This document shows, piece after piece, positions 55,083-64,000 of a stretch of DNA of 64,000 bases. The notes beneath the pieces are model-generated. The model ran no database searches. It was not told where the DNA came from and saw only the letters and a list, made by a program, of their open reading frames with translations. The DNA is taken from the sequence record PQ309151.1; one strand, given 5' to 3'. The first letter of the stretch is position 1. Each line of letters begins with the position of its first letter. A program made the position numbers and the translations under genes.

Positions 55083-55916
55083 ATGATTGAATCATTTTTG
55101 ATGAGAAAGTCGATAATTTCTCGCGGCAGTGCGATATTCACAACGCCTGGTACGTACGACTTTGTTGTTCCGGCTGGCGTTACCTTGTTGTGTGGTGTTG
55201 GTATTGGCGCAGGCGGCGGTGGGTGGCAAAATACAATTGGTGGAACTAGCACCTGGGGTTCTTCTGGAGGCGGTGGTGGCCTTGGATGGAAGAACGCTAT
55301 TCCTGTTACTCCAGGCGAACATCTGATCGTAGTAGTTGGTGCTCTAGGCATTACTGGAGTAGGGAGTGCCATTGGCACGAATGGCGGCGACACATATCTA
55401 GCGCGCGGCTCGACAAAACTTTTTGCAGGCTATGGTGGTCTTTGTGGCGGTGATACAGGCTCCAATACAGCATATGGTAAAGGCGGGGGTTTCTTAGGAG
55501 ACGGCGGAGGTAACGGAGGTAACGGAGTTAACTTCGATTATGCTGCTGCGGGCGGTGGTGGTGCAGGCGGTTATTCTGGTAATGGTGGTAACGGAACAGA
55601 CATCAGTGCTCCTGCTGCGGCACCTGCTGGAGGCGGTGGTTCCGGAGGTCGGGGCGGTACGAACTATACCGACAATGGTAATGCTGGTCGTGGTGGCGGT
55701 ACAGGTTTGTTTGGTCAGGCATCTTCCGGCTTGGCGCAAGCTACTCGGTGGGGTAATGGTCTACCGGGTTCTCAAATTACGGGAGGTGGTGAATTTGGAG
55801 CAGGTTCATCTTCTTCACGAATCGTGACACCAAACACACCTGGTCTTGCGGGTGGCCTGAGAATGATTTGGGGTAAAAACCGTGCGTACCCTACAATCGA
55901 TTGCGGTGCCGACTGA
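55083..55916 (+). CDS. Glycine-rich tail-associated protein
   Basis: Start at the ATG at 55083 (MIESFLMRK). FTTPGTYDFVVPAGVT..G.GAGGGG, VTPGE and GGLRMIWG.NRAYP are typical of Gly-rich phage tail domains. Confidence 0.7.
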   Translation: MIESFLMRKSIISRGSAIFTTPGTYDFVVPAGVTLLCGVGIGAGGGGWQNTIGGTSTWGSSGGGGGLGWKNAIPVTPGEHLIVVVGALGITGVGSAIGTNGGDTYLARGSTKLFAGYGGLCGGDTGSNTAYGKGGGFLGDGGGNGGNGVNFDYAAAGGGGAGGYSGNGGNGTDISAPAAAPAGGGGSGGRGGTNYTDNGNAGRGGGTGLFGQASSGLAQATRWGNGLPGSQITGGGEFGAGSSSSRIVTPNTPGLAGGLRMIWGKNRAYPTIDCGAD

Positions 55917-55926
55917 CAAACATAGT

Positions 55927-55958
55927 CCATGGAGAGGCTTGCGCCTCTCCATGGTTTT
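55927..55958. terminator. Bidirectional hairpin between convergent genes
   Basis: 12-bp stem CCATGGAGAGGC / GCCTCTCCATGG with a TTGC loop and TTTT. Confidence 0.8.
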
Positions 55959-55967
55959 ATGCCGTTT

Positions 55968-56366
55968 TTATTCCGCCAACAAGGCTTCCTGAAGTATTTT
56001 GATGTCTTTTTCATCCTTCTTGCGATTCAAGGGTAACTTCAGTTCGAGCAGGCTTTTAACCGACTGGACGGGATAACCGTTGATGGTTCGGTCACATTCG
56101 TGTTTGGTATCACGTGCATCGATTACGCCGCCAACTACCCACAAGACATTCGGTTTGTCCTTGAGAGATTGCTTGTAATAAACACCCGTCATGATCATTC
56201 GACGACAAGCTTCAGTCGGAACGTATAGATCGATGTCTGCTGTCTCGAAACGAAGATCGCGTAAAACCATGGCTGAACCACCCAGCACCTGAATCTCACT
56301 ACGATCGAGTTGCAGGTGCCAGCAGAACTCACCGAGCCGATCGAGGACTTGACTTTTGTTTAGCAT
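55968..56366 (-). CDS. Small nucleotidyltransferase-fold protein
   Basis: VLGGSAMVL..RFETADIDLYV (GG..DxD motif) and C-terminal K..LNRKKDEKD. Start at 56366. Confidence 0.7.
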   Translation of the reverse strand: MLNKSQVLDRLGEFCWHLQLDRSEIQVLGGSAMVLRDLRFETADIDLYVPTEACRRMIMTGVYYKQSLKDKPNVLWVVGGVIDARDTKHECDRTINGYPVQSVKSLLELKLPLNRKKDEKDIKILQEALLAE

Positions 56367-56401
56367 TTTAGCTCCAAAAAGCAAAAAAAAAATAAGAGTA
56401 G

Positions 56402-56427
56402 ACAGAGTGGGCGAAAGCCCACTCTGT
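56402..56427 (-). terminator. Hairpin terminator after the ligase gene
   Basis: 11-bp stem ACAGAGTGGGC / GCCCACTCTGT, followed on the minus strand by a long T-tract. Confidence 0.78.
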
Positions 56428-56430
56428 TAC

Positions 56431-59148
<2,718 letters not shown>

Positions 59149-59162
<14 letters not shown>

Positions 59163-59418
59163 TTTGAGTTTCCAGTTGCTTATAGCGTTTAACGAGTTTT
59201 CGAGAGAACCGTCCCATCACAGGAGCCCAATGCTCTTCCGGGACGATCTGAAACATGTACTGCACGGCGTAACGATACTGCGTCAGCGCAGCTTGCCGAG
59301 TCATTGCTTCATGAAACGGAAAGCGGCGCAGGACTGCATCTTCGTGGGTGCCGTTGTGAAGCTGAACCATCGTGACATCATGGTCAGCAATCCCACCAAT
59401 GAGCCCGCGCCCCATCAT
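59149..59418 (-). CDS. Hypothetical protein
   Basis: 89-aa ORF filling the gap in the minus-strand operon, with an AAGGAGG RBS. Confidence 0.6.
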
Positions 59419-59424
59419 GCCTCC

Positions 59425-60174
59425 TTAGTGCAAGACCTTCTTCGGTTCTTCTTCCTTCGCCGAAGCGGCGATTTCTTCGAGCGGCTTGGTGCCGAACTCG
59501 TTCTTCTTCTGGAGGCGATCGTTGGAGAACGGCAGTCCGTTGAGCAGGAAGTCGATCAGTTCGTCACGAATACGGCCGATCAGATAGTCGCGTGACAATC
59601 CCTTCAGATTGTCGGGATTGCTGTACTTCAGCGAGAGCTCGTCGATTTCCTTTTCGAGTTCTGCTGCCGTACGTGCTGCCAGCTTGCGGGCCGGAATAAC
59701 GAACGAGATCTGGTCGTACGCTTCTTGCAAATAGCGATTGACGTACGGATACAGGTTGTAATAGACGATGCCGCGCGTCCAGTCGTCCGTGTTCTCGCTC
59801 ATCATCTCGGCGAACTGCTCCATGTATTGCGAACAGTTGAGAATGATCAGGCCGCGCACACGCCGCAGTTCCGAATTGATCATCCGGTCGGTCGGATACT
59901 TCGGATCGGTCGTTTCACCGTCTTCCGTCAGATACGCTTGCGACAGATAGTTCTTGAACGCCGTTTCGGCGTGATGGGCAAGAGCATCGGCCGAACGCTG
60001 ACCGTAAGCCGACAGAGTTGCAGTATGACGCGCCCCGCCAGCACGGTTCTGGAGATAGTTCTTCTTCTCCCACCAGAAACGGGTTCGCATCTGTTCCAGA
60101 CTGAATACTGCTTTTTCTTCGAGGGTCCCGGCGTGCGGATACACCTCTTCATTGTCTAAGTCTTGAAAGAACAT
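59425..60174 (-). CDS. Hypothetical protein
   Basis: 249-aa ORF with an AGGAAGG RBS. Confidence 0.7.
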   Translation of the reverse strand: MFFQDLDNEEVYPHAGTLEEKAVFSLEQMRTRFWWEKKNYLQNRAGGARHTATLSAYGQRSADALAHHAETAFKNYLSQAYLTEDGETTDPKYPTDRMINSELRRVRGLIILNCSQYMEQFAEMMSENTDDWTRGIVYYNLYPYVNRYLQEAYDQISFVIPARKLAARTAAELEKEIDELSLKYSNPDNLKGLSRDYLIGRIRDELIDFLLNGLPFSNDRLQKKNEFGTKPLEEIAASAKEEEPKKVLH

Positions 60175-60182
60175 CAGCCTTC

Positions 60183-60650
60183 CTACTCAATGTAGTTTTC
60201 AAAAGGAAACTCATGGATTTCATGAGATTCCACCAACGTGGCCTTGTCTTTAGCCATCGCGACTTGGCCATCAGGATACACAATGTGTTCCTCGGAGTCG
60301 TAGATTGCGATGTGAAACCCATGCTCGCGCAAAGCAACGAGACTGTTCACCGCACTCCACAACGTTAACGCATCGACGAATGCGAAGATGTGCTGACCAT
60401 ACGTCGTCTTAGGAGCATTGAAGTCCCCCGGTTCAGCTAGACACACCATCGCATCAGAGGCGAACCGCCCACGCCCAGAATCGTGCGTGAACGGTCCTTT
60501 CTTGCTCTCCGGATGTTCTATCCGGAATACGCGCCGCGTTGCGTACTCGGTTTCAATGCGGGCAGGCTGGGCGGCAGCTCGGGCGGTTGTACGGGAATAC
60601 GTTCCGCGGATTCTTCCAGCTGCCCGACGCGCAGCGCGGTTCTGATCCAT
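60183..60650 (-). CDS. Hypothetical protein
   Basis: 155-aa ORF with a GAGG RBS 10 nt upstream. Arg/Ala-rich N-terminus overlaps the upstream gene. Confidence 0.6.
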   Translation of the reverse strand: MDQNRAARRAAGRIRGTYSRTTARAAAQPARIETEYATRRVFRIEHPESKKGPFTHDSGRGRFASDAMVCLAEPGDFNAPKTTYGQHIFAFVDALTLWSAVNSLVALREHGFHIAIYDSEEHIVYPDGQVAMAKDKATLVESHEIHEFPFENYIE

Positions 60651-61048
60651 GTATGATTATCCTCGCCCACGATGAAAATCTGACCGGGCTGTTTGTAACG
60701 AACAGTCGTGTCGTCGATGTCGACTGCGATGTCCGTTTGCAGAAGTTGAAATCTCACTCCGTGTTCCCCTTCCAGCAAAGGCGTCAGCTGGTTAAGGACA
60801 TGCACATCCTCGGGCTTGCGCATGAGTTCGCGGGTGAGTGCGTACGTATTTTGCGCCATCAGTTCGTAACGCTGCTGAAGTACGAAAAGAACCTCGTCCT
60901 TCTCTTCGCTACGATGATAACGCGCTACGTAATCGTAAAGCTTTTTCAAAAAACCGTTGTCTTCGGAAAACAAACCGAAGGGCAGACCCGTCAACTCGCG
61001 TTGAGTCGGGTGCAGATCACGGATGTTAACGTACCGTGTTTGATTCAT
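60518..61048 (-). CDS. Hypothetical protein
   Basis: 176-aa ORF with an AGGAG RBS. 133-nt 3' overlap with the next gene. Confidence 0.6.
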   Translation of the reverse strand: MNQTRYVNIRDLHPTQRELTGLPFGLFSEDNGFLKKLYDYVARYHRSEEKDEVLFVLQQRYELMAQNTYALTRELMRKPEDVHVLNQLTPLLEGEHGVRFQLLQTDIAVDIDDTTVRYKQPGQIFIVGEDNHTWIRTALRVGQLEESAERIPVQPPELPPSLPALKPSTQRGAYSG

Positions 61049-61075
61049 GACTAGCTCCTGAGTGAGACCACACCA

Positions 61076-61282
61076 TCAGGCATGAATCGTCGTATCCAGC
61101 AAAATCAGGTCGGACAGGTGGTTGAGCTCGACGAGCGTGATCTTCGCGTTACGATCACGTCCCTTAACTGTATCGAGACACAGTTCCTTACCCCCGGCTT
61201 TAATTCTGGCGGCATCTATGGCATGCTGAATCGTGTACTTCTTTTCGAGTTGCTCGTAGATGGTCCAGATTTGCGTTGCCAT
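61076..61282 (-). CDS. Hypothetical protein
   Basis: 68-aa ORF with an AGGAG RBS. Confidence 0.6.
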   Translation of the reverse strand: MATQIWTIYEQLEKKYTIQHAIDAARIKAGGKELCLDTVKGRDRNAKITLVELNHLSDLILLDTTIHA

Positions 61283-61368
61283 TGTCTAACTCCTGTTTTT
61301 GAAAGAAGACAGTGAGGCGACGGCCAGCCTCCTCACTATCTTGACGACTGTTTTAAAATTACAGCTTC

Positions 61369-62580
61369 TTACTTCTTCAACGCGTTTTGAATCAGTGATT
61401 CAACCAGCGGCGGGAGTTTCTGTTTCTCAGGCAGAGATTCCCGAGCACTCGGCGTACCCTTCTTGGCCGAATGCTGGATTTCCATCATCACGCGATACGA
61501 CAGATATCCCAGATGCATCCAGATCGCCAGAGCATCCCAGGCCGCATTGTGCTGCACAGCCTGCTTCAACGGTGTGGGATATGCGTCCACGTAGTCGATC
61601 TTGAAGATCACTTCGCGCATTTGCCCAATGCGTTTGCCTTCTCCCAAGTGAAGAACACGGGAAATGTATTCGACGTCTGTCGGGAAGTCCATGTGGAAAA
61701 TGAACGTGGCATAGATTGCATCATGACTATTCGACACGGTCCTCATGACGAATTCCAGCCACTTACCCCAATCAGAATCATTGGCGTTCAGATCAGCCAC
61801 AAACGTACCAGGCGGAACGTCGAGCAGCATCGGCACCATATTCTCTTTCACCCATTCGTATTCGACTGCGCTGGCTGCTTTGCTGTCGAACGCGTAAAAC
61901 ACTTCACCCGCCTTGGTCGCGATGCCAACGGACAAGAGGGTTTTGGTGGTGTCGTCGAATTCGCAATCGACGAAGAGTTCGATGGGCTGACGGAAACGCC
62001 CTGGGTGGTGGAACATTTGACCGTCAGGTGTGAGATAAGCCCAGGCGACGACTTTGTTCATGTCGACCGGGATGAAGTTGACCTGCGTGATTTCTGCTTC
62101 TGCGCCGAATTTCACGGGCGCATTTGCCGAATACTCGAATGCTCCCGTACGAAGGATTTCCATGAACGCATATTCCCTGCGCTCATTGCCGTCTTCCGTA
62201 TGAGTCACGGCAGTCACGACCATGCCTTCAGCATAGTTCATGCGACCTTCGATCTGAACGACGATCGGGGTTTCCAGCGGCGGCCATTCGTCGAGAATGA
62301 CTTCAGCCATGTTAGCGTTCGACTTGATAACGGCCCATTCGCGCTGCAGCTGTTCCATTTCGAACTTGTTGTTCGGAACCTTGCCCGGAACATACAGACC
62401 ATGGGTCACGCCCATCGGTTCGTTCTTCGGGAAGATCGCCGGATGCTTGAATGTCAGCTTCGGCACCGGCTGATCGGTGTATTCCACTCCGAGTTCCACA
62501 CGGGGAACAAACGTCAGAAGTGCATCTGCACGAGGCGTCTTGTGCATTTCTTTTTCTGCGTACTTGGCGTCTTTAATCAT
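61369..62580 (-). CDS. Two-domain protein with a C-terminal DEDDh 3'-5' exonuclease (Rv2179c/DUF5051-like)
   Basis: LFVDCEFD..LLSVGI..FY, DFPTDVEY and QHNAAWDALAI. Confidence 0.72.
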   Translation of the reverse strand: MIKDAKYAEKEMHKTPRADALLTFVPRVELGVEYTDQPVPKLTFKHPAIFPKNEPMGVTHGLYVPGKVPNNKFEMEQLQREWAVIKSNANMAEVILDEWPPLETPIVVQIEGRMNYAEGMVVTAVTHTEDGNERREYAFMEILRTGAFEYSANAPVKFGAEAEITQVNFIPVDMNKVVAWAYLTPDGQMFHHPGRFRQPIELFVDCEFDDTTKTLLSVGIATKAGEVFYAFDSKAASAVEYEWVKENMVPMLLDVPPGTFVADLNANDSDWGKWLEFVMRTVSNSHDAIYATFIFHMDFPTDVEYISRVLHLGEGKRIGQMREVIFKIDYVDAYPTPLKQAVQHNAAWDALAIWMHLGYLSYRVMMEIQHSAKKGTPSARESLPEKQKLPPLVESLIQNALKK

Positions 62581-62639
62581 TGTAAAAAAATTCCAGTTGT
62601 GAGACGTAGGCGGGTTGCCCCACCTACGCTCGGTTTCAA

Positions 62640-64000
62640 TTACAGCTTTTCAGCCTGCTCGGTCAGAGCATCCTTGATTTCGCCGACGTTCTCGTCCGTG
62701 AGATAACCTTCACGGTTGAGTTGGTCGATCAGATCGCCCCAGAAGAACGTCGGAGCACCCTTGCCGGTGATGTTGATGAACGCGGCATTGAATTGCTTGT
62801 GATCGATGACGTAGTCGATCGGCAGACCTTCCGCCATTTCGGCTTTGTCGATCAGCGGATGCCATTCCTGGAACACGTCGGTGTCTTCCGTCGTGATGAC
62901 ATCGTCCGGCATCAGCATCTTCACGATACCGTGCGGCGTGAAATCTGCCGCCGCCATGAAGTCGAGCATCGCCTTACGTTCGTCGCCCTTGCGGCCGGAG
63001 AAGATAAAGATCGCATGACCGTTCTTCTTCAGAGCCTTGAGGGTAGCGATCGCGAAGGGAGATTCAGCGCCAATGGTCGGACGCTGATTTTCGACAATCG
63101 TGCCGTCGAACGACACCACGAACACTGCCGGCTCGTCGACTTCACCGCTGTCGTCTTCGACTTCCGGATCGATCGCCATCATGTCGATTTCCGCCTGAGC
63201 GTCCTTGCGGCCGACGTGCTGGAATTCTTCACCGAAGTTCTCGACACACCAGTCAAACAGATGCTTGTCGGTCTGACCCTTTTCCTTCGCGACGTTGTAG
63301 TAGCCGGTGACTTCAGCCTGCTTGAACTTCACCATCGCGTCGACGTATTCGTCGTCCGGAAGAGCATCGATGCCTGCCAGTTGCTGCAGAGCAATGACGT
63401 TGACCTTCTGATTCTCGACCATCCATTCGTCGAACGACAGTTGCGATCCGCTCGTGACGTGCGCTGCTTCCAGCGTTTCGCGATGGTCTTCGATGGCCTT
63501 GCGGACCATGCGTCGGCCGGAACGGTTGTTCAGCGGGATGTCCTTCAGGTGGATCTTCGGCTTTTCCTGTTCCGGTTCAGCTTCGATCGGTGCTTCCTGC
63601 GCAATCCAGCGATGGCCGCCGCCCCATTGGAACATCACGTTCGTGTCGAGGAATTCCTCCTTCTCGATTTTGACGATGCGGTCGTTGATCGCGAGCGCTT
63701 CGATTTCGATCTCGTTGGCTAACACGATGAAGCGCAGCCACGGCATGTTGGGTTCGTTCACCCAGATGTCGTCCTTGCCGCCGAAGATTGCCGACAGAAC
63801 CGTTGCGTTCAGAGCGATCGCATCTGCGAAACGATCGTTGCCTTCCATGCCGGTTTCAGCCTTCAGCGCGACATAGGTCAGCACGCCATTGGCCGAGAGG
63901 TAGAACTCACGCGGTACTTCGTCGCCGAACAGACGCTTCAGGTCTGCCTTGCGGATCACGATCGTCGCGATCTTGTTCTTGAAATCGGGTTCTTGCGCGA
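62640..64000 (-). CDS. Multidomain protein with a C-terminal HAD-like (BT0820-like) domain; 5'-truncated by the window edge
   Basis: The frame stays open to the window end. VFVVSFDGTIVEN..P.IG..AIATLKALKKNGHAIFIFSGR..YVIDHK. Confidence 0.65.
   Translation of the reverse strand, partial: AQEPDFKNKIATIVIRKADLKRLFGDEVPREFYLSANGVLTYVALKAETGMEGNDRFADAIALNATVLSAIFGGKDDIWVNEPNMPWLRFIVLANEIEIEALAINDRIVKIEKEEFLDTNVMFQWGGGHRWIAQEAPIEAEPEQEKPKIHLKDIPLNNRSGRRMVRKAIEDHRETLEAAHVTSGSQLSFDEWMVENQKVNVIALQQLAGIDALPDDEYVDAMVKFKQAEVTGYYNVAKEKGQTDKHLFDWCVENFGEEFQHVGRKDAQAEIDMMAIDPEVEDDSGEVDEPAVFVVSFDGTIVENQRPTIGAESPFAIATLKALKKNGHAIFIFSGRKGDERKAMLDFMAAADFTPHGIVKMLMPDDVITTEDTDVFQEWHPLIDKAEMAEGLPIDYVIDHKQFNAAFINITGKGAPTFFWGDLIDQLNREGYLTDENVGEIKDALTEQAEKL

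Larger units (their letters stand above)
55039..55964 (+). repeat. 13-bp direct repeat TGGTTTTATGCCG at 55039-55051 and 55952-55964
   Basis: Exact copies at the 3' foot of the two hairpins that flank the glycine-rich gene. Confidence 0.8.

Overview
This window is a segment of a phiKZ-like (Chimalliviridae-type) jumbo phage genome. The assignment rests on a free-standing C-terminal fragment of the virion RNA polymerase beta subunit, UvsX, RNase H, an SbcC-like ATPase beside a baseplate spike gene, a ~1000-aa portal, paralogous tail-fibre genes, and long GC-rich intergenic hairpins. It is gene-dense and truncated at both ends: a GH19-bearing tail protein at the left and a HAD-like protein at the right. 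I found no tRNA, rRNA, CRISPR array, integrase or transposase. The most striking element is a ~13.3 kb co-directional island (27988-41319) lying between tail-fibre genes and lectin-domain/endolysin genes. It encodes five CxxxCxxC radical-SAM proteins, five cupin/2OG-Fe(II) oxygenases, three unknown proteins, a canonical plus a catalytically altered DHFR, an HNH-type endonuclease, and a 186-aa protein ending in CHSS-CHTS-CHGS-RGRR. I infer a phage-encoded post-translational modification (RiPP-like) pathway acting on that C-terminal core, possibly on a virion appendage. A second theme is a dispersed family of six lectin/glycine-rich genes sharing an N-terminal M[LI][EDA]xx[LF][LM]xKK-like motif, plus two genes with N-terminal YxKxxGxWK repeats. 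Together these suggest a modular, swappable receptor-binding system. All product calls come from motif recognition by eye, without database searches. Several starts were moved to the likely ATG.
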